Below are positions 34,260 through 47,000 of a stretch of DNA of 64,000 bases, one piece after another (the stretch's first letter is position 1; every line of letters begins with the position of its first letter). The translations under genes were made by a program, and so were the position numbers. Origin of the DNA: Leidyana gryllorum EB-2025a (lineage: Eukaryota; Protista; Apicomplexa); NCBI GenBank assembly GCA_048772705.1, contig JBLWGC010000133.1, positions 1 through 64,000 of the forward strand, read 5' to 3'. The notes below the pieces were generated by a model. The model did no database searches. It was not told where the DNA came from and worked only from the letters and a program-made list of their open reading frames with translations.

Positions 34260-34785
34260 CCAAACGTGGTTCGCCGGAACCGTAAGTGTGGTCGCTAGCT
34301 TTCCCTTGGCGTCAGAGATGGTCATCAAAATCCGGATTGGATCGTTGCCTCTCTCACCGGGTTGCGAACAACCCGCCTCAGAACCCGCAGCAAATGCCAT
34401 CGCTTCGAAGTGGTCTTCGGGCAGATACGAACCACCGTAGGAAAGACCTGTGATGGTGGAGGCGACGCTGCGGACTCTTGAAATATCGTCGGTCATCTCA
34501 ATAAACTGGCGATAGCATATGAGGCCGGGGTGGCCTTTTTGAGGTTTGTCCTCGAAAACAGCAATGCCCGCTCGAAAATCAGCAAAGTCGGTCGCCAATT
34601 CGTCGTGATCGCGTACTACTCGTGTCACCTCCACCAGATCCCGGAGAACCACTGCCAGCACTGGTATTGCCACGCATATCAGGATAACGGTTCAGCTAAT
34701 CAATTATCATAGTTTTATCTTCCTCGCTTATCCCCTGCATTCATTGGCCGGCAGCCAGACCAATCAATCGCAACACCCACTTCAT
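34260..34785 (-). pseudogene. Decayed integrin-beta I domain paralog (member 8)
   Basis: MKWVLRLIGLAAGQ is followed by TGA. The YILQDG segment is missing, and homology (DFRAGIAVFEDKPQ..SDAKGKLATTL) stops mid-domain. Confidence 0.8.
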
Positions 34786-35589
34786 CTTCACTAATAACTG
34801 CGAACTCAGGCACGCGAGGCAGATTCCACCGTCAACTCAACATGCACTCTAGCGATCTCTCCTTACTTCACACACAACAGGACACAGTTACAATCCCAAA
34901 ACGCCATACATAACCAGTCACGTAAGCAATGGACTATTTGAGAGGCAAGCGGAATAATGTGCCGCCGGGACGACCACTTTGTTAACACTTCACAGAGAGC
35001 AAGTTGGGTACACCAGTTGATATAATACGCAAATGTTTGGCAGTTTTCAACTTGGAGAACACGCCACAGCCATAAAAGGGAAAAAGAAGGACGACTGAGG
35101 CATCATGAGTTATGCCTGTTAATGACACTCTTGAGGCGCCAACGGCTATCGATGCCGATTGGTTCCTCTGTTTCGAGTGTGAACTACGGAGTGATGCGGA
35201 GGGTTGCAATGAGGACACTGATGTCTATGCTGGCAATAACTTTGCCCTCTTGAACATCGACGAATATAAACAAGCTATCAATTCCGCCACCACTGCAAGC
35301 TCGCGAAGATATCGCCCCATCATCCCTCACGCCAGGCTCACGAGTACAGGATCCTCCCACAGTTCCCATAACGCGGCTCAGCGGTCCAAATCTGAACTCC
35401 CAACCAATCGACAGGTCTATCTGCCAGAACTTGCGCATGTAATGGATCCGTCACACTTCATCTGTGTAAGCAGCAATCTCGGGGGTCTTAACACACGTGT
35501 GTGCAACCTTTGTCCATTTCCTTCGGCGGCTCTGGTACCTTTCCTGACATTCGCATTACCTTTGACAGAAATGGCTGCTACGACAGCAA

Positions 35590-37620
35590 GTGGGAAGTGC
35601 TGGTGCCAGTAATCCTGGATGGCAGCATTCGTTGTTGTATCGGCCGAGAGGATACGTGTCTATGGACATGACGGAATGTCGAGATCCCCAGAGACTTGTC
35701 GAGTTGGCTTCGTTCAAGCCTTATCTCTTCTACCGCAGGATGCTGCAAAGCTTCTTGGATAATTGGATAGCCCCTCGAGTGTTGATACACTCCATGAATT
35801 CCACTTCATGTGTCTCCACACGGCCAAAAACTCCAAGTAGTGAGTCGGGTATGGACAGGACCCCACCGCCAGAAAAGGGAGAGGAGGGGCCTGCCGTACT
35901 GTCTGACTCGCTGCATGGTGTATGTTTCTATGTACCTCCGTTCTCCTTGTTCGCCACTCGGATGTCAGGTCGTGACATGAGAGATCTATCGACTCTTCTA
36001 CCCAATGAGCGAGAGCTGAGCGACTTGGTGGGCCGTGTTACCTTGGATTTCATTAATCCGAGGGCACCAGAAGATTGGTTGCGAAATATCGCAGCCGACC
36101 TCCGGACTCATCATACTGTTCCCCTTGCTACTTCTACTTTCTTTGGCCTGCCCTGGAAACAATGGTGCCGGGTCGTAATACGCTGCACAAATACTGCAGC
36201 TGGGACATATAAGAATCGGTCGTTGTCCGAAGCACTGTGTATGGCTGCCGAGGGGGGCGACGGGCTGGCTATATCTTCAGAAGAGTTCAAGCCCATATAT
36301 ATTGGCCTCACGATCCCGGACATACCTAAATCAAGAAAGTCCTTCCTCTCCGCCTCAAACGGCCCCGTGCCGGCACTCCCACTCCCCCTCCGACAAGTTG
36401 TCCCATCCACCAAACCCACCCCCCTACTGATGGAAGCCCACCGACGAGCTCGAGCTGTAGTATGGTTGGTGGGGGGTAAAGATATGCTGGCGTTGGACTG
36501 GCTGCCGTACATTTCCCGTAGTCTGCATTACAGCATCTCCAGGAGGGCGCTCGAGCATGTCGATAGCGGTGATGCCCAACACCATCCTTCCCACCATAGA
36601 TTTGATGTGAGTATGACGAATTGTCCTCTCCTCATCTCAAAAGCCTCCCCAGCGATCGGCCATCCGCTCCATCCATCATCCCGCCTACCTAATGTACGAG
36701 TACCCCGGATACGGCTTCTCCGCCCGGGGACAATCGCCAGAAGAATGTGTTGGAGCTGCGTGTGAGGTAAGGTACACATGGGGAACGCTTGGCCGGTGTG
36801 ATAGTGGCCCGCCAGTGGGGTGTCGAGCTCGGCGAGTGCTAACGCTGCGTATTGCAGAGTCTCACCGCGCTTTTGAAAGTGCAAGATGTGTCCTCGGACA
36901 TTGACTTGACGGTGGTGGCGTACTCACTCGGCTGTGGCATAGCACTGAGAACTTGCGTCGAAATTCTGCGTTCGCGACTCCAGAAGCAGTGCGGCGACAA
37001 GAAGCTCGGCTTACTACGCTTGCGAACTTTAGTATTACTCGCGCCGCCCACCACCATCTCAGCGTGTGCAGCGCATATGCTAAAGCTGCCGTCGCTGGTA
37101 CAGCCACTGGCCGTGAAGCTGTTCGACGCCGTCCAATCTGCCTCCATGGCCTGGAACAACCTGGAAACCATGAGGACGTTCTGCGATTTGGTAGTCCAGG
37201 GTAAGAAGAGGTTCGTGCTAGCCACAGCTCACTGTTGGCTTCTTATAGGACTACCCGACCGAGCGGATGCCCCTCGGATTTATGTATTACATGGAGGCAA
37301 AGACAATATGGTGTCGCCTAGAATGGGCCAAGCTGTTTACGAAGCGGCTGTTGAAGCATATAAAAGTGCTTTGAAGACCTTAGGAGAAGCTGTCGAACAG
37401 AGTCCCTTCAAGATTGCGCATACTCGGGGAATCAAAAGCGCTCTTAACAATCTCAAGGTGTGTGCGAATTGTTGTATGTTTGTTGGGTTCATGTCTGGCA
37501 GTTTGAGCTGGTCCCAGAAGCAACACATCTCAGTATTGTGGGAAATCCTCAATACCAGTCGCGTATTCACGAGCTATGTTACGATGCTCGTCAAGTGTCT
37601 ATTGTACGCAGTGAGTAAAG
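35590..37620 (+). CDS. Alpha/beta-hydrolase (ABHD-like), multi-exon
   Basis: EYPGYG, nucleophile elbow AYSLG and LHGGKDNMV. The start is uncertain and may extend to 35112. Confidence 0.7.
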
Positions 37621-37743
37621 TTGCTCGCGTATTGTATTGCCAAAGTGCATGTTTTCTTCGATTGGGTTTTCCTTGAATGCACTGAAGGAACACAAACGTC
37701 ACTTGGTGGGAATCTTCACTCGACTACTTTTTTGTTCCACACA

Positions 37744-38238
37744 ATGAAGCTTCTCTTCCCTATTGTTTTTGCTGCTGGTGTCCTGGCCAATGGTCCTCTC
37801 CTCTCCCGACAAATCGGCCAGAGGGACCCGACTCCCGGCTTCGGTGACTGGATCACCAGACACATCATGCATATCAACGAGATCGGTGTCCAACGTTACG
37901 ATACGGCAACTAACATCATCATGCACCTGAAGCAGAAGATCTGCAAGGATACGGAGGACTTCATGCTGAAGAACAACCGTCCCCGCCATATTCTGGCTCA
38001 AATTGATGGCCTCCAGGTCACTTTCGAAGGCCAGAAAGACAAGCTCTGTCACTCTTACTTCGAGGATGCCTTACTGGTATGCTCGGAGATTGTTGATGCT
38101 GTCTACGGCTGGTGCAATGCTAAGCTTTGCCACACCTTCGCCTCTGGCTTGAACCCGAACTCCGCCTTCGACTACGATGTGTGTGTGGACTTTATCAGTC
38201 CCTCTGCCCCGATTGCCTCCATTTCCCTGAACATCTAA
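37744..38238 (+). CDS. Small secreted Cys-containing orphan protein
   Basis: Signal peptide MKLLFPIVFAAGVLA, 6 Cys, intronless. Confidence 0.75.
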   Translation: MKLLFPIVFAAGVLANGPLLSRQIGQRDPTPGFGDWITRHIMHINEIGVQRYDTATNIIMHLKQKICKDTEDFMLKNNRPRHILAQIDGLQVTFEGQKDKLCHSYFEDALLVCSEIVDAVYGWCNAKLCHTFASGLNPNSAFDYDVCVDFISPSAPIASISLNI

Positions 38239-38341
38239 GCAGCACTATTGCTAATATGGCTTCAATTCATTTTTGACTAATTTGTTTGCTGTGTGTGTCT
38301 CCCTTTGTTTCGCGCTCATCCAATAAAGTACAGACAGATCA

Positions 38342-38941
38342 ATGAATTTTCTCAAGACTTTCCTCGTGGTGACCCCCTTTGTAACTGCTGAGCATGCATC
38401 CGAAGCAATGCCCATTGTCTTCGCCGGACCTGCACTAGACCCGGACGGATTCTTAGCCCCAGACACGCGGACTGCCTTCGAAGCGGCTGTAGATGATAGT
38501 GCTTCTATTCCCCGTGACTTCGCGGAGTTCCTCCGGACATTCGTGCCTTCACAATTATCCAAATCTTTGACCAGTCAAGAAAGTCAGCAATTAGTCAACC
38601 TCCTGGAACGGACCAATTACGAGCTAGTGCGAGGTGTAGACGATATGAAGAAAGCCAGAGTCCTCAACCAGATACGGATCGGCATATTGGGATCTGTCCG
38701 ACTACACGGCGAACATCTTCGCGATCTATGCAATGGCTGGGATGAAGGACGAAGAGTTTGTCGATACATTTCTGCATTGGCCACTTATTATCTCTGGGTA
38801 CACATGTGTGGAGCTCTACAATACGCTCCTCTCATCAACTGGGTATGCAGCGTTTGGCCAACTCACTTATTCGAAGATATTTACACTTACGAGCGTCAAG
38901 CGGCCCTTCCTGACGATATATCGTCGTTCTTCCTCAATTAG
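38342..38941 (+). CDS. Small secreted orphan protein
   Basis: 199-aa ORF with a signal-peptide-like N-terminus. Confidence 0.65.
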   Translation: MNFLKTFLVVTPFVTAEHASEAMPIVFAGPALDPDGFLAPDTRTAFEAAVDDSASIPRDFAEFLRTFVPSQLSKSLTSQESQQLVNLLERTNYELVRGVDDMKKARVLNQIRIGILGSVRLHGEHLRDLCNGWDEGRRVCRYISALATYYLWVHMCGALQYAPLINWVCSVWPTHLFEDIYTYERQAALPDDISSFFLN

Positions 38942-38965
38942 CACACACGTGTGTCGAGACACAGA

Positions 38966-39514
38966 ATGCCATTTTTCGTGATTCAGTACATATTGCTCGG
39001 TGTCCTTCTCGCTGCGCATGGAGTCCATGCTAACGCTCTGAAGTTTGCTTCCATTGTGACCAAACGCGGCGTCCTTCCTGCCTTCCGCCACTTCTTGTTT
39101 GAACACGTATTGCAGACTGATGTAGAGGAGGTGTCGGTCACGGACTCCTTGATCCTTGCCGACAGCACATGGAAAGCTGAAAAGCTGTCTGACTCAGACT
39201 TGTCATTCGACGAGTCTATGTTATGGTTAGAACGCTTATTCAGCAGTACGTGTGAGAAAGTTACACAACGGCCCCTGTGTTACAAGGTTCGGGATATCTG
39301 TGCCGCATGGTTATTACATCAACACTGTGAAAGCTCATCCGCTTCAACTTCGGGTGTACCAGGTGATTGCAGTGCCCAGACAAAACATTTAGGTGCAGCC
39401 GAGTGCAAGCCCGACGCCTTCCGGGCTCCTGAGGCATGGAAACGGTCAACTCCCGGTGCTGAGGAACACGTGTTTGGAAAGGATTTCCGCAGGTCAAGAC
39501 CCAGTGAATTATAA
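38966..39514 (+). CDS. Small secreted orphan protein
   Basis: Signal peptide MPFFVIQYILLGVLLAAHGVHA. Confidence 0.6.
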   Translation: MPFFVIQYILLGVLLAAHGVHANALKFASIVTKRGVLPAFRHFLFEHVLQTDVEEVSVTDSLILADSTWKAEKLSDSDLSFDESMLWLERLFSSTCEKVTQRPLCYKVRDICAAWLLHQHCESSSASTSGVPGDCSAQTKHLGAAECKPDAFRAPEAWKRSTPGAEEHVFGKDFRRSRPSEL

Positions 39515-39915
39515 TGAAACCGGGAGGGATACTTTCTGCACTGTTGATATTGGTCACTTTGCGGGATGTGAATTGCTCTGTGACCTCCTCCATCACGATG
39601 AGTCGAGGCCCCATTCAAGCTTCACTCTCGGCCACCTCCGGGAAACACAAGTCGCAATCAAAAGGGGAGGCTGAACCAGCAACTGCAACGGAAAGCTCAA
39701 AACACGATGACATCTTCGAACCCCTGAAAGGTTTAGTTTCCTTCGTTGTGGGTCTTTCTGCGAAAGAGCGGGAAGCGATTCGGCACTTAGATCCGCATAT
39801 CGTGCAGGACTTCATTGGGCGACGGCTCGAGAAGTACACAAATGCGGACTCCATGTTTGCCGCGCTTCCTCAGGTTCTACAGAGCCTGATAGGCACAACG
39901 CAAGACGAACTCTGA
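39514..39915 (+). CDS. Small secreted orphan protein
   Basis: Signal peptide MKPGGILSALLILVTLRDVNC. Confidence 0.6.
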   Translation: MKPGGILSALLILVTLRDVNCSVTSSITMSRGPIQASLSATSGKHKSQSKGEAEPATATESSKHDDIFEPLKGLVSFVVGLSAKEREAIRHLDPHIVQDFIGRRLEKYTNADSMFAALPQVLQSLIGTTQDEL

Positions 39916-39950
39916 CGATACTTGTCAAATGGAGCTGTTTTCAGCGTTCG

Positions 39951-42114
39951 TTACTCTCTTCCAGGCTTCTTCCCAGGACCCCAGTGGCTAGTTGGATTTG
40001 GCATCCATCGTCCTTTGCCTTTTGTTTTCCGGTCTGTGAGCGCTGGGTGATATGACCAGTCAGCAGTGAAAGACGGGCTACATGCGAATGAATTTTATGT
40101 TAACAAACTCGTCCGCTTACGGCAATTCTCTGAGAAAGTTGGCGGGGGTTCGTTGGTGCGCGTTAGGCTGAGTACCCTTTTCTTTCTGTGGTGGACGGCG
40201 AGTTTGTGTAGGAAGTGGGACGAAGTTGGGTCTCACCAGAATCCAAGCCCTGACCAGATCATAGATGACTTCTGGGGGAGCGTCAGTTTTGACGCTGAGA
40301 GGTTCTCTGTGAAAGAGTCCAACTCTGTAGCCCTTGTGCATGAGAGCCGACTTGAATTTGTCCAATTTGATCATTGATATCCTGGCTTGATTGCAGATCG
40401 AGGTCAACTTGTAGAAGAGAGGGACATCGGGTAATTCCTGCACGAATGGATGATGACGGTGAAGGTGTATGAACGGACTTACATCTTGACATGCGGAGAG
40501 GACACCTTTGATCTTGTCAAAGACTGACTTGGAGAGTGCTGTGAACTGGAAGGTACTCATCTCGTACTCGAAGCGGGCTTTGCAGGTGTCGAACCATTGG
40601 CGTTCCGGATCGATATCTTTATTAAGTTGGCCGTTGGCAATGAGTTGTCGAGTTTCGGCATTGAGGAAAGTTGTTGTGTCGGCCTCATTGATGAGGAGGG
40701 AGAGGTCTTGTGCTTTGGATCTATCCAACTCTTTGATGCAGTCGGCGACGAATGAGTCATCATGAAGGGGTCCCGCATAGAAGGGTCCAGCCATGTGGAG
40801 GGCGGCGTTGCACTCTGGGCAGTGTCCACCTCCGGGCATGAAGGACGGAAGCCTTCCGAGGACAAACTTTTTGCCGTCGTTGGCGTTTGGGCCAGGGAAG
40901 GTGTGTACTGTGGGTAAAGGTGTGGTTTGGGTACCGACGGTGGCGGAGGTTTGCGTGTCGTCGTGTTCCGTCTGCTCTGTGGCGGGTTGAGAGTCATTAA
41001 GGACGGTTTCTTCTCCTTCGGTTTTGGCAGTTTCTTCCGTGGGGGGCTCAGAGGTGGTTCGATCTCTGGAATTGCGTCTGCGTCGCTTGGCGGGTCTCTC
41101 AGCGTCATTTTTGGCTCTTCTCTCGACATATTGGCCAAAAGGCAATACGACAAAGTAGTCACAATTGCAGCATTGGATGGCCACGGCAGTTTGGCCGGCT
41201 ATGGAAGCGCACAAAAGTGGCTTATCTGTGACTTGAACGAATATTCTGACGTAGAAATCGACAGATATCGAGAGCAGCGGCTGCACATATCTCCGATTCT
41301 TCGCTGCAGTCATTTGCAGTTGATGTATCACCAAACTGAGGGGCATCCATGGTTGAGGTTTTACTTTATAGTCTTACCGAAGTGCCATTTCGTGGAGATA
41401 TCTGGCTTTTACAGTAGTGCCAGCGTATTTATAGAAGGCAACTTCTGGAGTGTTACCTCCCAAGACGGGCATATCGGTAGAGGTTATACAGAGAAGTCCT
41501 CCATCACGGGTGGCTCGGAGAGCAGACTCCATGAAGGGCGCAGCTGTGCCATAGGGATCAATGTCTACGACATCCCACTGATCTGTGCCGCATATGAATT
41601 CACCGCAGTGCATCAGGCGTGTAGCTTCTGCACATTGAGTTGACATTAATTCGGGTGGAACATTGTTTAATTCCATGTTGCGTTTAGCTCCTTCGACTGC
41701 TACGGGATCCATATCCGCGCTCGTGACATGAGCGAAAATTGATTGTGGCAATTCCAGCGCATACCGAATCGACCGTAAACCAGTGGCCGATAACGGTTCC
41801 AGGATGCGCAGCCCCTTGACCTCCGCCGGGATGTTGATAATATCTTTCCCATAACGGGCCGCCTTGGCTATCGCTTGGCCTGTGCGTCTCTGACCGAACA
41901 CCTTGATGACAACGAGACTCAAGTCCCGATTGAAAACCTGAGCAGGGTTGTAGAATAGAGTACCTCCTGCTGGGCTCTTGGGTGTGTTAGAGGCGTTGTC
42001 GCTCTCAGGCTCCGCCCGCTTGCGTGTGGGGTCCACCTTGCCCACCACACCTTCAGGCGCGATTCGTGCTAAACCCTCCTTGATGTACCCGCTGTCATCC
42101 TGCGTCCCCGGCAT
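39951..42114 (-). CDS. TRM1: tRNA (guanine26-N2,N2)-dimethyltransferase
   Basis: FYNPAQVFNRDLS, LSATGLRSIRY, DVVDIDPYG, CPEC..GPFYAGPLHD, KTDAP and C-terminal PNPTSHWGP. Confidence 0.95.
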
Positions 42115-42126
42115 GGTGCCAATTTT

Positions 42127-43844
42127 TCACCCTTCGCCCGAAAAAACTTGACCCCAGTCGAATCTACATCCCTTGACATTCGTGCCTGGGGTCTCTAGGC
42201 CCCGTAACCGATCAAATGCCCGATTAAACAACTCCTCTTCACATCGTTTCGCAACTGCTGGTGCATCCGGGCCCAATGCCAATGCCAAAGCTAATGCCTT
42301 GGCAATAGAAAAAGGCCATACTCTACAAGTATTGGGGTGTGTGTGTGCGAGCAAAGATGCTGGCCTGCCCGACTTACCCAGTGGGAAACGAGAAGCGATG
42401 CTGTGAGCCGTCCGACTTCCGAATTATCGCCACCCAACTCATGTCGTCGTCGTTCCAGTACACGGCTGCGCGAAATGTTACATGTTGGGAAGCTGCATGC
42501 TGAGTATGCAACTCACTGTCAGAGGGGCTGGTGTATGCCTCGGGCCATTCCGGGAGTCGAGGTGGTCCCAAAGCGATACGGCTGGCGATATTTGTGGCAG
42601 TGTCCATGGCTCTTTCAGACATCAACCATCCCGACGCCTCGTCTGTTACACTCAGAGGCACAATCTGCCGTACTATTGGCGGCAGTGTCTTTCTCAGTGC
42701 AACAGAGGTGTCGATGATCTGACTTTTCTCCTCCAGATTGGCTACGCTGACCTGTGCAACGGCGCCCCCGGGCTCCAGATCGATCGATGGACCTTCTTCG
42801 TCTCCACCAAAAATGTCAATACCCATTCCCCTGAGTTGTTTGAGCGCCGCAATCTCGGACTCGGTTAGGCCGACCAGGCTCTCCAGACAAGCCGCTAGTG
42901 TGCTGGCAGCTGGATTGATGATAGTTACTGTGCAAAGACAATTGCCGCCGCTTACTGGTTATGTCCAGACGATCGTTCCACTGAATCTTGTGTTTCCGCA
43001 ATATCGCTTTCTCTTCTATTATTGTGAGGACGGGAACCTTGACAGAGGGGAGTGACACAGTGCTATAGATAGCGCCGGCTGCAGCTGGGGCAGGAATGGG
43101 CAGACTTAGCTTCACCTCCAAGGGCGGGGAGGGTGATGTGGAACGTGCGTGCAGTTTGGATGGAGATGGTGTGCTACGTCCCCCATCAGTCCCTGAGTGA
43201 CTGTCGTGAGCACTCGGAGGCGACTTAACCGCCATGGCAGCCGAGCTGGCCTCAGCCGCAGCCAAATCATTTGACATCGAGCACAAGTTGCTACGAAGCG
43301 TCTCCTCGGGCATCTTGACGAGCAGCTGCAAAAGCTGAGCTAACGTCTCGTCTTTCAGCTTCCTTAGATCAATCCGTCGCGCTTTATCCCCATACTTCGC
43401 TTTTGTGGTCTCCACCAACCTAAGCAAAGAGGAGGATGTGTGCGAGTTCAACAAAGAGGCTCACTTGTTACGGAACTCGCGATCTCCTGGGATGAAATAT
43501 GTTGACATTTGGTATCGTTTGATGCAATTGTGACATCTCGCTTTGATGGTGTTGCTGTTCTTTCGGGCCTCGCGGGCTGATTGACAGTCTTTGGTACATT
43601 TTGCCCGCATCAGCTTGGTCCAGTAATATTGAGCCAACTCGTCGGCTTGTTGGTCTTCCAGTGGCATCTGACCAGTCATCGCGGGGCTCGGGAGACCCAG
43701 CAGTTGGGTGAGGAACTTGCAAAAGTAGGCCAAACATTCAGCACACAAGGTGGTGAGACTATGTCGAGCATTATACATCCAGAGAGATCTTGTGCTCACC
43801 TGCACTCTCCATTTCGGTTCTTCTGTTGACAGGTTTGAAGGCAA
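42127..43844 (-). CDS. Multi-exon hypothetical protein
   Basis: Chain of minus-strand ORFs of 127, 212, 150 and 75 aa separated by short intron-like gaps. Confidence 0.45.
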
Positions 43845-44044
43845 ACTCCAGGCCTGATGTTAAGATACCAGTATTCTCTGACAGCATTGACCCTCGCTTC
43901 GGCTGCCCTTGTGAGAGGGGCCGAAGGGGGCTGGTTAGAAGTCATAAGGGGTTGGCGCTGTCACACGCACCGACCCCACAGCCGCATGGCACGTGTAAGT
44001 CATTTTGTATTCTGTAGATACAAACTTCGCGCGGGTGTGAACGA

Positions 44045-47000
44045 ATGAAGTTGGCCCTTTCAGCTTATCTACTTTTGCTAGCTGATGGAGCCCTCTTCAC
44101 ACGCAACACGTATTGTGAGTCCAAGTCTGCACGAAGCGAGCACACCCATGGTGGCTCGGTGAATCCGTGTCGCGAAGTACTGTCTGGGCTTGTCCACCTA
44201 GACCACGATCAGGTTGGATCGTTCGCAATCACTCGTAAACTTCCCCTTAGGCTTTCGAGTTCGAAACATTGTCGTTCGAACGCGCTATTAACGGTACAGG
44301 CACCGATGTTGAGATGAGTCTCAAAGTGGAGAAGTCACCGCTCTTAATCGTCTATAATCTCGAGTTCCAGAAGGTAAGCACTCGTGTGTGGCTTACTGTG
44401 AAAGCGTGTCTCCAGGATGTTCCCGCGGGATTCGCTGAGAGTGCAATCGACTACCCGTGGTCCCACGCCCCAGCCAACGGCGCATGGCGTAATCACGACT
44501 TCGAACGTGGTCGCTGTAAACGTTTGTGTAAGTCATCGGATTGAATCTTCGTCCATCTCGACTGCTCAGTGGTTGGAGAACACCCCATGTACGATGCAGT
44601 GCAAGATCGCAATATGACATCTGTATTGGACAATGGCCGGGTGTGTGCGTGCACGAAGAGCGGGTACCTGACTGGCGACTACAGCGACACCAAACGTTCT
44701 TCACAAACCTGCAACAGTTGGAGTGCGCTATTCAAACCGGGAACTTCAATATGGGCAACACGATTTTGTCCGAGTTTAGTCGGACCGTGGTATGCGGCTT
44801 ATCAATTGACCAGCTGGCGATGGGAATTCCAGATCCGTGTGACCTTGGAGTGGACACCTCGGAGTGACATCAATGGACACACCCCTGACGTTACTGTTCA
44901 GCGAATGTACCACTTGAACTGGACTCAGCCCGAATTCTATGATGAGGAATTTGACTTTACGTTCCGAATGCTTTTTAGTGTACCCCAATCGGGTGCTCAA
45001 CCCCCCGATCTATCCCGACGCTACATGCTCTTGGTGCCCAAATCTCGAGTACCAGACGACTTCGTAATGACCAGCGAAGTACACTTTGGGCCCCATGTCC
45101 GATCCACTACACTTGATGCTCCTCCATCTCAATCACAATTTGTTACCACGCCTGATAAGGACGTCCCAAAACGCAGACTGAGGGAGAAGGAAACCGACGA
45201 ACAACAACAACCAGCAGCCAATTCAGATGAAGGAGCAAAAGGGCGCGGAGGAAAACAGGAAGAGGTTGAAGGCCAAGAAGGTGATGAGAAGAAGGGTGAA
45301 GGCGAAAAGAAGGACGAGCGCGAGGAAGGGGAAGAGGGCGATGAGCTTCCTGTGCCCACCGATTTCTCTGTGGATTGTTTGCCAGCGCCCATCAGGGCAT
45401 TGAATACTCGCAGAAGCACCTCGCTTCTGGTACCGTGGGAGGAAGTCGATCTGTCAGGAGCTTCGTGTGACAAGTTGGGGGTTTCTCTTTCTCGCTGGGC
45501 GCAGGAAATGGGGGTACCATATCATTATCACCATCTCGATGACGACTACCCCAGATGGTTAGCACGCCCGCACTTCTGTACAGGGCGCACCGGAGACTGT
45601 ATGCGCAATCAACCCATGGGTCTGTTGCGAGGGGATCGCGAACGACTGATCGCCGGACGCCCTCCAATGTACATCTTGACAGCACAACCGCTACCTGCCT
45701 GGTCGCCAATCGGGCCTTTTCTGTTGTCGGGAACACCGGATCTCTTGGAACGTCGAGTAGACCCAGACAACCGCACGGTGGCTGAGGAGGAGATACCACA
45801 ACCCGATCTGCTGGCTTGGCCAACAGCAATGGGTCACTCGACGTCATTGGAGCTGATTCTGAATGCGACTGAGATCTCTTATATGGAAAGGCCCAGTCGA
45901 GGAAGCATCCAAGACATAGGCATCGTAACTGCCGAACTGGGAAAAAAGATGCTCATGACCGTTCAAGTACACAACGAAGACATAGAAACGTCGCGATTCA
46001 CTCTTGGCAGCTCCCCGTGCACGCCGATTCTGCCTCAGGGCGAGGATTCTGATTTCGACGACGAAGAAGAAGAAGAAGAAGAGGAGGCCGTTATGGCTGT
46101 CTTTGAGCCCGATCTGCGAGCGATCGCTGAAGACCAGGCCGAAGAGATCCCTCTTGAGAGGGAAGAGGAGTTTGTGGTGTTGCGGCCCAAGAAGAGACGG
46201 GAAAGCCCGATCCAGATCGCCCCCGTCTCCCACTCATTGCAGGGACTCGAGACCGTTACCTTCGTCCTCACTGCCGAACGCACGGTTTCTTGGCGAAAGA
46301 CACAGTACCAATGTGGCATTAGACTCCTCAATGCCAAGGGTGCCAGCGTGGATGAGCGGCCCGTGCTGGTTGAGTTTGAGAAGAAAGAAATAGAAATCAG
46401 CGCTATAGCGACCGCTGCCCCGGTAGTGGAAGAGGAAATCATCATCGTACCGAAAGTAAGGCACTTCACAGTATACACTCTCACTTTCAATTGTGCAGGA
46501 GAAGAATGTCGACGAGGGACCGTTCATAATCGAGGAGGAGGAGGAGGTGGGCTTATGGGCTCGCCTCCGTTCCACACTGGCTTCCGCCTTTGCCTGGGGA
46601 CCAGCACTGGGTGACGACGGTGACGGGACATGTGGCTGTCGTTGGTATCAACCTTTGTGTTCTCTCACTAACATTTGGATCTGCGTCTCGAGCATCAAAC
46701 AGATGATCGTGATGTCATTGACAGGTTTGTTGGCGCTTAGTATTCTATTGATTTGCGGTCCAACGCTGTTGAGATGCTGTTGTGGAACCTGCAGCTGTTT
46801 GAGCTTCGTCGGTCGGCGGTGGAAGAAGGCAGCGCGTCGGAGTCTGCAGGCTGCAAAGGTTGAAGGGATGTCTCTCAATGGCCTCAGCTCCATGCCCACT
46901 GCCGAGCACACACCTGCCAACGCTGCGCGTTTGGAAGCCCAAAAGATGGCTGCTGGATTCAACCTCGGACCACAAGCACCCATGGATCCGTTCCTGCTGA

